From Gammaproteobacteria bacterium (lineage in GTDB: Bacteria; Pseudomonadota; Gammaproteobacteria; Arenicellales; Poriferihabitantaceae), in NCBI GenBank assembly GCA_030432755.1, contig JAUILZ010000001.1:203388-267387 (forward strand): a stretch of DNA of 64,000 nt, written 5' to 3'. The notes below the pieces were generated by a model. The model saw only the letters and a list, made by a program, of their open reading frames with translations. It had not been told where the DNA came from and ran no database searches. The translations under genes and the position numbers were made by a program. Below are positions 46,883 through 55,686 of the stretch, piece by piece (within the stretch, counting starts at the first letter, position 1; every line of letters starts with the position of its first letter).

Positions 46883-48289
46883 TTGAGTGACGCAAACCGA
46901 ATCCATTCTGGCGACGGGGATCGCGCCAGTACGGTCGGGGACAAAAACGTCCGCCGCAGGAAAGGCCGGGCCCGTAAGCGCCACGACTATCTCCGTAACC
47001 TGTTGCAGGATCTCACCCCCGGGGAAAGATTCCGGCGCATCACCGAGGACGCCATGTGTATCGGCTGCGGTCTCTGTCAGAGCGTGGCGGGCCCGGACAG
47101 AATTCGCATGCGCCTGGTGGAGAACCTGTCCGAGCGACCAATAGCGGAAGACGAACTTGACGAGGAAACCGTGGCGCGCATTTTCCGTGCCTGCCCGGGA
47201 ACGCGCATCGAGGGACTTCCCGAACGCCTGGTGGAGCAGGACAGTGGCTACGACGACGTCTGGGGTATCTGGCGGCGGATGACGAAGGCCTGGGCGGCGG
47301 AGCCCGGGGTTCGGCATATCGGTTCCACCGGCGGCGTGCTCACCGCCCTCGCGCTCTACCTGCTGGAAAGCGGCGAGGTGGACTGCATAGTCCATGCGCG
47401 CGCCGCGGAGAAGATTCCCGCGTTCGGTGAGCGCGCGCTCAGCAGAAACCGCGCGGACGTGCTGCGCGCGGCGGGTTCGCGCTACGCGCCCACCGCCACG
47501 CTGGTGGATATCGTCGAGATTCTCGATCGTGCCGAAGCCGCCGGCGAGACCATCGCCTTTATCGGCACACCCTGCGACGTCACCGGCCTTCGTAATCTCG
47601 CGACGGAGGATCCCCGGGTGGACAGCATCTGCCGTTACCAGCTTGCCATGGTGTGTGGTGGATTCATGGCGCCCACTGCGCTGTATCGCTTCCTTGCCGA
47701 TCTCGGGGTGGAACGGGACAACGTGAAATCCCTGCGCTACCGCGGCCATGGCTGCCCGGGAGCGACACGAATCGAGACCCGGGACGGGCGCGAGGTCGAG
47801 AAGAACTACCTCGATTTCTGGGGCGAGGACGATTCCGCATGGTCGCTGCCGTTCCGCTGCAAGGTCTGCGCCGACAGTACCGGAGACGCCGCGGATATCG
47901 CGGTGGCGGATACCTGGATCGGCGGCGCGCCGTCGTGGGATGGCCAGGACGCCGATCCGGGCACCAACGCGGTCATCGCGCGCAGCAGCGCTGGCGAAAA
48001 CCTGCTGGCGCGCGCCGTGGCGGCAGGATACCTGGCCACCGGGGAAACCCTGACTCCCCGGGATCTCGATAGCTATCAGCCGCACCAGGTGGCGAAGAAA
48101 CGGGCGGTCTGGGCGCGTTTCGTCGGCATGCGCAGCGCCGGGCGTATCGTTCCCGATGTGGCCCGCCTGCGCCTGAAGCCCCTCGCGAGGAGCAACACCC
48201 CGGTGGAAAACCTGGCGCAGGCGCGTGGCACGAAACGTCGCTGTCTCGACGGCAGCAACAGTGAGCCGCCGCCGAAGCCGGTAGACTGA
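46883..48289 (+). CDS. coenzyme F420 hydrogenase/dehydrogenase beta subunit (FrhB) family protein
   Basis: DAMCIGCGLCQS; GSTGGVLTALALYLLESGEVDC; FIGTPCDVTGLRNLA; YRGHGCPG; FRCKVCAD; ADTWIGG. Confidence 0.85.
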   Translation: MSDANRIHSGDGDRASTVGDKNVRRRKGRARKRHDYLRNLLQDLTPGERFRRITEDAMCIGCGLCQSVAGPDRIRMRLVENLSERPIAEDELDEETVARIFRACPGTRIEGLPERLVEQDSGYDDVWGIWRRMTKAWAAEPGVRHIGSTGGVLTALALYLLESGEVDCIVHARAAEKIPAFGERALSRNRADVLRAAGSRYAPTATLVDIVEILDRAEAAGETIAFIGTPCDVTGLRNLATEDPRVDSICRYQLAMVCGGFMAPTALYRFLADLGVERDNVKSLRYRGHGCPGATRIETRDGREVEKNYLDFWGEDDSAWSLPFRCKVCADSTGDAADIAVADTWIGGAPSWDGQDADPGTNAVIARSSAGENLLARAVAAGYLATGETLTPRDLDSYQPHQVAKKRAVWARFVGMRSAGRIVPDVARLRLKPLARSNTPVENLAQARGTKRRCLDGSNSEPPPKPVD

Positions 48290-48327
48290 TTCGCATCATC
48301 CCGCCCACCGCGAAGTAAACTGTCACC

Positions 48328-49236
48328 ATGATCAAGGAACCTGAAAGAGATCTCGTCGGCTACGCCGGTAAACCGCCCCACGCGGACTGGCCGGGTGGCG
48401 CGCGCGTGGCCGTGAACTTCTGCGTCAATTACGAGGAAGGTGGCGAGCGCTGCATCCTCAACGGTGACGATCGTTCGGAAGACAGGGTATCCGACCTCGT
48501 GGTCGAGAGCCGGGTGGGCGCGCGTGATCTCAACATGGAGTCCAACTACGAGTACGGCGCCCGGGTCGGCTACTGGCGTCTGTTGGAGGCGTTCGCCGAT
48601 CGCGGTCTGCAGGCCACCGTCAATCTGGTGGGGCTCGCCGGTGAACGCAACGAACTCGCGCTGCGCGCCATGGTCGAGGCGGGTTTCGACCTCCAGCCCC
48701 ACGGCTGGCGCTGGATCGACTACCACACCCTGACAGCGGAAGAGGAATCCGAACATATTGCGCGCAGCATCCGCCAGGTGGAGGAACTGACCGGGGACAA
48801 GCCCCTCGGTTACTACGCCGGCCTGCCATCGATCAATACCCGCCGGCTGGTGGTGGAGGCGGGCTGCTTCCTCTACGACTCCGACGCCTACAACGACGAC
48901 CTGCCGTACTGGACCACCGACTTCGGCAGGCCGCATCTCGTGTTGCCCTATTCCCTCGACACCAACGACTCGCGTTTCGGCCGCAAGGAAGGCTTCCAGG
49001 TGGGCGACGAGTTCTTCACCTACATTCGAGACACATTCGACTGCCTCTACCGGGAGGGAGAACGCAGCCCGAAGATGATGACCATCGGCCTGCATGCGCG
49101 CCTCCTCGGCCGGCCCGGGCGCATCGGTGCATTGCGCCGTATCCTCGATTACATGCTGAGCCACGAGCGGGTCTGGATATGCCGCCGGGGAGACATCGCC
49201 CGCCACTGGGCTGAACGCCATCCCTGGCAGGGCTGA
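48328..49236 (+). CDS. puuE: polysaccharide deacetylase / allantoinase PuuE-like
   Basis: VAVNFCVNYEEGGE; GFDLQPHGWRWIDY; GYYAGLPSINTRRLVVE; EFFTYIRDTFDCLYREG. Confidence 0.85.
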   Translation: MIKEPERDLVGYAGKPPHADWPGGARVAVNFCVNYEEGGERCILNGDDRSEDRVSDLVVESRVGARDLNMESNYEYGARVGYWRLLEAFADRGLQATVNLVGLAGERNELALRAMVEAGFDLQPHGWRWIDYHTLTAEEESEHIARSIRQVEELTGDKPLGYYAGLPSINTRRLVVEAGCFLYDSDAYNDDLPYWTTDFGRPHLVLPYSLDTNDSRFGRKEGFQVGDEFFTYIRDTFDCLYREGERSPKMMTIGLHARLLGRPGRIGALRRILDYMLSHERVWICRRGDIARHWAERHPWQG

Positions 49237-49252
49237 GGCCCTTTCGTTTCCC

Positions 49253-50128
49253 GTGTCGATCCGCCGCCTGCAGACCCTGGTCGCATTCGCCGATACCGGC
49301 TCCTTCGCGGGCGCCGCGGAGCGGGTGCACCTGACCGCGGCCGCGGTGGGCCAGCAGATGAAGGCGCTGGAGGAGGAGATCGGCCAGCCGCTGTTCGACC
49401 GCGACTCCCGCGCGCCGACACTCAACGCCCGCGGCCAGGCGATGGTGCCGCGGGCGCGCAAGCTGTTGCGCGACTACCAGGCGCTGATCGCCGGTCTCGA
49501 GGTAGAGGAGGTGCCTGAACTGACCATCGGCGCGGTGAGCACGGCAATGACCGGCCTTATCCCCGAGACACTGCTCGCGCTACGCCAGAGCGAACCACGG
49601 TTGCATCTGCGCATCGTGCCGGGCCTGTCAGCTGACCTGCTGGGTCAGGTGGACCGCGGTTCGCTGGACGCCGCCGTCATCAGCCAGCCGCGTCGCGAAG
49701 CGCCGCACCTCGCCTGGCAGACCGTGGCGGTGGAACCGCTGGTGCTGGTCACGCCCGCCGGGTTGGAAGACAGCGATCCGGTGCGCATTCTCAAGGAATT
49801 CCCTTTTATCCGTTTCTCCCGCAACGCCTGGGTCGGCGAGCAGATCGATAACTGGCTGCTGGGGCAGGGCATCACGGTGCGCGAGAGCATGGAGCTGGCA
49901 AGCCTCGAGGCGATCCATACCATGGTGTCGGCGGATCTCGGGGTCTCCATCGTGCCGGAACACTGCATTCCCCCGCGCCGGCCGATGCCCGTGCGACGCA
50001 TTCCCCTGGACGACGAGCTGGTTCGGGTGCTCGGCCTGGTCTGGCGCCGGGACAGCATGGCGTACGGGGCGATAGCGCTGTTGGCGGAGTTGTTCACGTC
50101 CCTGGCATCAACAGAAAACAAAAGATAA
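49253..50128 (+). CDS. LysR family transcriptional regulator
   Basis: RRLQTLVAFADTGSFAGAAERVHLTAAAVGQQMKALEEEIG HTH. Confidence 0.93.
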   Translation: MSIRRLQTLVAFADTGSFAGAAERVHLTAAAVGQQMKALEEEIGQPLFDRDSRAPTLNARGQAMVPRARKLLRDYQALIAGLEVEEVPELTIGAVSTAMTGLIPETLLALRQSEPRLHLRIVPGLSADLLGQVDRGSLDAAVISQPRREAPHLAWQTVAVEPLVLVTPAGLEDSDPVRILKEFPFIRFSRNAWVGEQIDNWLLGQGITVRESMELASLEAIHTMVSADLGVSIVPEHCIPPRRPMPVRRIPLDDELVRVLGLVWRRDSMAYGAIALLAELFTSLASTENKR

Positions 50129-50183
50129 TTTTAACTCGAATAAAAAATATATTTAAATAACAAAAACTATCTTTAGTTAAAAT
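50121..50183. promoter_or_regulatory. AT-rich regulatory region with nested inverted repeats
   Basis: ATTTTAACT (50128-50136) ... AGTTAAAAT (50175-50183), perfect 9-bp arms; also AAAGATA ... TATCTTT. Confidence 0.6.
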
Positions 50184-50189
50184 CGATCC

Positions 50190-50936
50190 ATGAGCGACGG
50201 GATCGACAATGCTGCAGCAACCGACACGCTGGACGTCCGCGTCTGGCGCGGCGACGAACGGGGCGGCGACTGGCATGCCTACCGGGTGCCGGCGGCGGCA
50301 AACCAGACCGTGCTCGACGTGGTGACCTGGATCCAGCGACACCGCGAGCCCAACCTGGCGTATCGTTTCGCCTGCCGCGTCGGGGTCTGCGGCTCCTGCG
50401 CGATGTCCGTCAACGGCGAACCGCGCTGGACCTGCCGCACCCACGTCCAGGACGCAGCGCGGGATGGCGTGCTGCGCATCGGGCCGTTGCGCAACCTGCC
50501 GCTGGTTCGCGATCTCGCCTGCGACATGGCGCCGTTCTTCGACCGCTGGCAGGAGGCCGGGGGACGTTTCGTTCCCTCGTCCGACCGCCATGCGGATATC
50601 GCCGCGATCTCGCCCGAGTCGCCGGCGCGCCGGATTGCGGACGCCGCGATCCAGTGCATCAACTGCGCGGTCTGCTACGCCGCCTGTGACGTGGTGCAGT
50701 GGAAGCCGGACTATCTCGGCCCCGCGGCGTTGAACCGCGCCTGGTCGCTGGTGAACGACGAGCGCGACGCCGGGAACAAGGATCGGTTGCGCGCGGTAGC
50801 GGGTGATGCCGGCTGTCACAACTGCCATTCGCAGCATAACTGCACCCGCTACTGCCCGAACCAGCTCGACCCCGGCGCCTCCATCGCCGGGCTGAAGCGC
50901 ACGACGATGAAGGCCGCGCTCAAGGGACAACTGTGA
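50190..50936 (+). CDS. succinate dehydrogenase/fumarate reductase iron-sulfur subunit
   Basis: CRVGVCGSCAMSVNGEPRWTC [2Fe-2S]; CINCAVCYAAC; CHNCHSQHNCTRYCP. Confidence 0.9.
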   Translation: MSDGIDNAAATDTLDVRVWRGDERGGDWHAYRVPAAANQTVLDVVTWIQRHREPNLAYRFACRVGVCGSCAMSVNGEPRWTCRTHVQDAARDGVLRIGPLRNLPLVRDLACDMAPFFDRWQEAGGRFVPSSDRHADIAAISPESPARRIADAAIQCINCAVCYAACDVVQWKPDYLGPAALNRAWSLVNDERDAGNKDRLRAVAGDAGCHNCHSQHNCTRYCPNQLDPGASIAGLKRTTMKAALKGQL

Positions 50937-50949
50937 GCGAGATTTGTTG

Positions 50950-51279
50950 ATGCCGATCCGTCTTTACATGCTGCAACGCCTGAGCGCCCTGGTGATGGCG
51001 CCGCTGGTGCTGGTGCACCTGGCGGTGATAATCATCGCGGTCAGGAGCGGGCTCGACGCCGAGACCCTGCTCGGCCGCACCCGCGGCAGCCTGGTCTGGG
51101 GCCTCGTCTACGGCACCTTCGTGGTGGCGGTGTCGATCCATGCCGCCATCGGCCTGCGCACCGTGCTGGACGAATGGGCGCATATCCGCGGCAAGGCGCT
51201 GGACGCGGCCATGTGGGCGATCGGGCTCGGTCTGCTCGGCCTCGGCTCGCGCGCGGTGTACGCGGTGACCGTGGGGTGA
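50950..51279 (+). CDS. succinate dehydrogenase/fumarate reductase membrane anchor subunit (C-like)
   Basis: LQRLSALVMAPLVLVHLAVII; three TM; conserved His; operon position. Confidence 0.8.
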   Translation: MPIRLYMLQRLSALVMAPLVLVHLAVIIIAVRSGLDAETLLGRTRGSLVWGLVYGTFVVAVSIHAAIGLRTVLDEWAHIRGKALDAAMWAIGLGLLGLGSRAVYAVTVG

Positions 51280-51286
51280 TGGCCCG

Positions 51287-51637
51287 ATGATCCCTCCCCA
51301 TCGCCGCCACGGCCTCTGGCTGGCCTTCTTCCTCCACCGGCTCTCCGGAATCGCCCTTGCCCTGTTCCTGCCGGCCCATTTCCTCGTGCTCGCACTGGCG
51401 CTGACGGACCCGGCGGCGCTGGACGGTTTCCTCCACTGGGCCCACCAGCCCGTGGTGCGCGCCGCGGAGATGGGGCTCGTGTTCCTGTTGTCGGTGCACC
51501 TGTTCGGCGGCCTCAGGCTCATGGCGCTGGAATGGCTGCCCTGGAGCCCGCGGCAGAAAACCCTGGCGGCGCTTGCCACCGCCGGGTCGATGTTCGTCGC
51601 GCTCTGGTTCCTGCTCGCAAGCGCCCAGGCCGCCTGA
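51287..51637 (+). CDS. succinate dehydrogenase/fumarate reductase membrane anchor subunit (D-like)
   Basis: LAFFLHRLSGIALALFLPAHFLVLALAL; operon position. Confidence 0.8.
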   Translation: MIPPHRRHGLWLAFFLHRLSGIALALFLPAHFLVLALALTDPAALDGFLHWAHQPVVRAAEMGLVFLLSVHLFGGLRLMALEWLPWSPRQKTLAALATAGSMFVALWFLLASAQAA

Positions 51638-51640
51638 ACC

Positions 51641-53389
51641 ATGCGCTCGCCTGACACCCTCGATACCGACATCCTGGTAATCGGCGCCGGCGGTGCCGGG
51701 CTGTTCGCCGCCCTGCACGCGCTGCAGGCCAATCCGGACCTGAAGGTCAGCATCGCGGTGAAGGGCCTGCTCGGCAAGTGCGGCTGCACGCGCATGGTCC
51801 AGGGGGGTTACAACGTTGCCCTCAGCCCCGGGGACTCCGTGGAACGCCATTTCATGGACACCATCATCGGCGGCAAGTGGCTTCCACACCAGGACATGGC
51901 CTGGCGGCTGGTGGAAACCGCGGTGACGCGGGTGCGGGAGCTGGAGAACGAACTCGGCTGTTTCTTCGACCGCAATGCCGACGGCAGCCTGCACCACAAG
52001 GCCTTCGCCGGCCAGACCTTCGACCGCACGGTGCACAAGGGCGACCTCACCGGTATCGAGATCATCAACCGCCTGATGGAGCAGGTGCGCGGCCTGCCGG
52101 TCAACCGCCTGGAGGAACACCGCGTGCTTGGTCTGCTGCCGGCGCGGGATGGCGGTGGCATTGCGGGGGCGCTGATGACAGACATGCGTAGCGGCGAATT
52201 CCGCGTGGTGCGCGCACGCGCGATCCTGATGGGCACCGGCGGCGGACCCACCATGTACCGATACCACACCCCGTCCGGTGACAAGTCCATGGACGGTCTC
52301 GCCATGGCGCTCCGCCTCGGTCTGCCGCTGCGGGACATGGAGATGGTGCAGTTTCATCCGACGGGCCTGCTGGCCGGGCCCGACACGCGCATGACCGGTA
52401 CCGTGCTGGAAGAGGGGCTACGTGGCGCCGGCGGCCACCTGCTGAACGGCGCGGGCGAACGTTTCATGGCGAACTACGACGCCGCCGGCGAGCGCGCCAC
52501 CCGCGACATCGTCAGTCGCGCGATATATGCCGAGATGCGCGAAGGTCGCACCACGCCCCTCGGCGGGGTGTACATCGCCATGGCCCATCTCGGCCCCGAG
52601 GTGGTGGCGAAGAAGTTTCCCGGCATGGTGCGGCGCTGCGCCGACTGCGGCTTCGACCTTGCCGCCGGCCGCGTGGAAGTGGTGCCCACCGCGCATTACC
52701 TGATGGGCGGCGTGATCTGCGACCGTGACACCCGTACCGACCTGCACGGTCTGTATGTCGCGGGCGAGGATGCCGGCGGTATGCACGGCGCCAATCGCCT
52801 CGGCGGCAATGGCGTGGCCAATTCCACCGTGTTCGGTGGCATCGCCGGGGAAACCATGGCCGCAGACATCGCCGGCCGGCGCGGCGCGCTCGCGGACCCC
52901 GATCCGGCGGCGCTGGAAGGTGAACTGGATCGCGCCATGGCGCCCCTCGGCCGCCAGGGTGGAGATGTGCATGCCATCCGCGACGGCCTGATGGACGCGA
53001 TGTGGGACCATGTCGGCATTCTTCGCTCCCGGGAGGGGCTCGAGCAGGGCATCGCACGACTCGGGGAACTCCGCACGGCCCTCGACGCCAGCGGCATCGG
53101 CGGCCAGGACCTGCGCTTCAACCTCTCCTGGCATGACTGGCTCAACCTCGACAACCTCGTCACCATCTCCGAGGTGATCTGCCGCGCGGCGCTCTCGCGC
53201 GAGGATTCCCGCGGCGCCCATTTCCGCGAGGACTTCCCCGAGACCGGGGAACTGGAAACCTCCGCCTTCACCGTGGTACAACGAAAAAATGATGCGCTAC
53301 ATGTCACCCAGTCGCCGGTGGAATTCTCCATCGTCCGTCCCGGGGAATCCCTGTTGCCGGCGGAAGCCGCCGCAAGCGTAGCCCGATGA
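51641..53389 (+). CDS. fumarate reductase/succinate dehydrogenase flavoprotein subunit
   Basis: DILVIGAGGAGLFAALHALQ; MVQFHPTGL; ANRLGGNGVANSTVFGG. Confidence 0.9.
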   Translation: MRSPDTLDTDILVIGAGGAGLFAALHALQANPDLKVSIAVKGLLGKCGCTRMVQGGYNVALSPGDSVERHFMDTIIGGKWLPHQDMAWRLVETAVTRVRELENELGCFFDRNADGSLHHKAFAGQTFDRTVHKGDLTGIEIINRLMEQVRGLPVNRLEEHRVLGLLPARDGGGIAGALMTDMRSGEFRVVRARAILMGTGGGPTMYRYHTPSGDKSMDGLAMALRLGLPLRDMEMVQFHPTGLLAGPDTRMTGTVLEEGLRGAGGHLLNGAGERFMANYDAAGERATRDIVSRAIYAEMREGRTTPLGGVYIAMAHLGPEVVAKKFPGMVRRCADCGFDLAAGRVEVVPTAHYLMGGVICDRDTRTDLHGLYVAGEDAGGMHGANRLGGNGVANSTVFGGIAGETMAADIAGRRGALADPDPAALEGELDRAMAPLGRQGGDVHAIRDGLMDAMWDHVGILRSREGLEQGIARLGELRTALDASGIGGQDLRFNLSWHDWLNLDNLVTISEVICRAALSREDSRGAHFREDFPETGELETSAFTVVQRKNDALHVTQSPVEFSIVRPGESLLPAEAAASVAR

Positions 53390-54351
53390 TCGAACTCAAC
53401 CAGATCGAGGAAGCCGCCTGCCGGATCATGGCCAATGCCGCCATAGACATCCCGGACGACTACCGCCAGGGCATAGAGACCATGGTCAACAGCGAGTCCG
53501 GCGACCTGTCCTGCTTCGTCCTGAAGACGATGCTCGAGAACTGGGATGCCGCCACCGCGGACCGCCGGCCCATGTGCGCGGATTCCGGCCTGCCCAGGTT
53601 CTACGTCAAGGTCGGAGACAACGCGCGATTCAGCGGCGGGTTCACCGGCCTCGAGCGCGCCCTGCGCAGCGCCACCGCCCGCGCCACCCACGACATCCCC
53701 CTGAGGCCCAACCGGGTGCATCCGCTCTGGCGCACCGACCACAACAACAACGTCGGCATCAACGCGCCCGAGATCGAGTGGAGCTTCGAGCCCGACGTCG
53801 ACTGGATCGACATCACCACGGTACACAAGGGCGGCCTGTTCGGCACCGACTACCGCATGCTGTTCCCCGGCGACGGCGTCGACGGCATCAAGCGCTTCTT
53901 CCTCGACACGCTGGTCGCCTTCGGCAAACGCGGCCTCGCCTGCCAACCGGCCATCGTCGGCATCGGCCTCGGCGGCTCCAAGGACACCTGCATGGTGCTC
54001 GGCAAGCAGGCCGCCTGCCTGCGCACCGTAGGCGATCGCAACCCGGACCCGAAGATCGCCGCCCTGGAGCTCGAGTTACAGGAGATCGGTAACAGTATCG
54101 GCATGGGCGCGATGGGCTTCGTCGGCAAGTCCATGGTCGCGGACTGCCATATCGAGGTGGGTTACACCCACACCGGGGGCATGCCCATGAGCGTGCATAC
54201 GTTCTGCCTGTCGTCCCGCCGCGCCACGGTGCGCATCGCCGCGGACGGCAGCGCCGCCTACCGCACCGACCCGCAATGGTTCACCCCATACATGCGAAGA
54301 GAGACCGTTTCATGGCAGAGCCCGTCACAGGATTCAAGACAGTCCGGCTGA
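53386..54351 (+). CDS. fumarate hydratase class I, alpha region (Ttd/Fum alpha)
   Basis: RRPMCADSGLPRFYVKVG; GIGLGGSKDTCMVLGKQA; GNSIGMGAMGFVGK. Confidence 0.9.
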   Translation: MIELNQIEEAACRIMANAAIDIPDDYRQGIETMVNSESGDLSCFVLKTMLENWDAATADRRPMCADSGLPRFYVKVGDNARFSGGFTGLERALRSATARATHDIPLRPNRVHPLWRTDHNNNVGINAPEIEWSFEPDVDWIDITTVHKGGLFGTDYRMLFPGDGVDGIKRFFLDTLVAFGKRGLACQPAIVGIGLGGSKDTCMVLGKQAACLRTVGDRNPDPKIAALELELQEIGNSIGMGAMGFVGKSMVADCHIEVGYTHTGGMPMSVHTFCLSSRRATVRIAADGSAAYRTDPQWFTPYMRRETVSWQSPSQDSRQSG

Positions 54352-54992
54352 CGGTGCCGGTGACGGATGAGGACCTCGCGGGCCTTGCCATCGGCACCAT
54401 CGTCTACCTCGACGGGGTGATCTACACCGGCCGCGAGGGCGTCTACCAGCGTGTGCTGGGGGACGGCCACCCGTTGCCGCTGGACCTGCCCGCGGTGAGC
54501 AACGTCAACTTCCACTGCTCCCCGGCCGCCTCCGTGGACGACGACGGCAGCTACCGCGTCGGCGGCGTTACCGCCACCGCGAGCTTCCGCTTTGCCAAGT
54601 GGATGACCGAATGGTTCCGGCTGTCCGGGGCGAAGATCATCATCGGCAAGGGCGGCATGTCGGAGGCCCACTACCGGGAACTGTTCCTCCCGGCCGGGGC
54701 GATCTACCTCACCACCGTGGGCTACGGCACCGGCGCGCTGCTCGGGCGCGGCATCCGCGGGGTGCGCGCGGTGCACTGGCTGGAGGAACTCGGCAATGCC
54801 CAGGCGATGTGGGTGTTCGAGGTGGAAAATTTCGGCCCGTTCATCGTCGACAGCGACCTCGAGGGCAACAGCCTGTTCGAGCAGCAGGCGCGCCTCGTCA
54901 ACGCCAACCTGGAAAACCTGTATTCGGGGTTGCGTCCCCCCGCCCTCAGCCGCTACGGCGAAACCGACGATCGCAAGGACGAACTGATATAA
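54312..54992 (+). CDS. fumarate hydratase class I, beta region
   Basis: LTVPVTDEDLAGLAIGTIVYLDGVIYTGREGVYQRVL; IIIGKGGMS. Confidence 0.9.
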   Translation: MAEPVTGFKTVRLTVPVTDEDLAGLAIGTIVYLDGVIYTGREGVYQRVLGDGHPLPLDLPAVSNVNFHCSPAASVDDDGSYRVGGVTATASFRFAKWMTEWFRLSGAKIIIGKGGMSEAHYRELFLPAGAIYLTTVGYGTGALLGRGIRGVRAVHWLEELGNAQAMWVFEVENFGPFIVDSDLEGNSLFEQQARLVNANLENLYSGLRPPALSRYGETDDRKDELI

Positions 54993-55058
54993 ACAACCCT
55001 CTATACGTAGTATTTCCAGCGCGATACGGCCCGGGGGCCAGGCGGGTATAATCGCGCG

Positions 55059-55670
55059 ATGCAAAAATCCAGCAATACCTTCTGGCACCAGGCCACCATC
55101 GATCGCGAGGACAGGGAGAAGCAGAACGGGCATTCCAGCACCATCCTCTGGTTCACGGGGTTATCCGGTAGCGGCAAGTCCACCTTGGCGCACGCGGTGG
55201 AAGAGGAGCTCCACCGCCGTGGCTGCCGCACCACCGTGCTTGACGGCGACAACGTACGCCACGGGCTCTGCGGCGATCTCGGCTTCAGCGAGGCCGACCG
55301 CACCGAGAACATCCGCCGCATCGGCCAGGTGGCGCGACTGTTCGTGGATGCCGGGATCATCGTCCTCACGGCATTCATCTCGCCGTTCCGGGTGGATCGC
55401 CAGCGGGTGCGACGGATGGTGGAACATGCCGACGACTTCATCGAGGTCTACTGCGACTGCCCGTTGGAGATCTGCGAGCAACGCGACGTAAAGGGCCTCT
55501 ACCAGCGCGCGCGCAAGGGCGAGATCAAGGATTTCACCGGTATATCCTCCCCCTACGAAACCCCGGAGCACGCCGATCTCATCGTCTCCACCGGCGAGCG
55601 CAACGTGTCCGACTGCGTGGCCGAGGTGGTCGCCCACCTGGAAGAGCGCGGCCTGATCCAGAAGGCCTGA
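55059..55670 (+). CDS. cysC: adenylylsulfate kinase (APS kinase)
   Basis: LWFTGLSGSGKSTLAHAVEEELHRRGCRTTVLDGDNVRHGLCGDLGFSEADR. Confidence 0.95.
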   Translation: MQKSSNTFWHQATIDREDREKQNGHSSTILWFTGLSGSGKSTLAHAVEEELHRRGCRTTVLDGDNVRHGLCGDLGFSEADRTENIRRIGQVARLFVDAGIIVLTAFISPFRVDRQRVRRMVEHADDFIEVYCDCPLEICEQRDVKGLYQRARKGEIKDFTGISSPYETPEHADLIVSTGERNVSDCVAEVVAHLEERGLIQKA

Positions 55671-55686
55671 GGGAACTGAAAACACC

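Noticed and set aside
46814-48085. 423-aa minus-strand ORF opposite the FrhB-like gene
   Set aside because: Antisense frame without family motifs.
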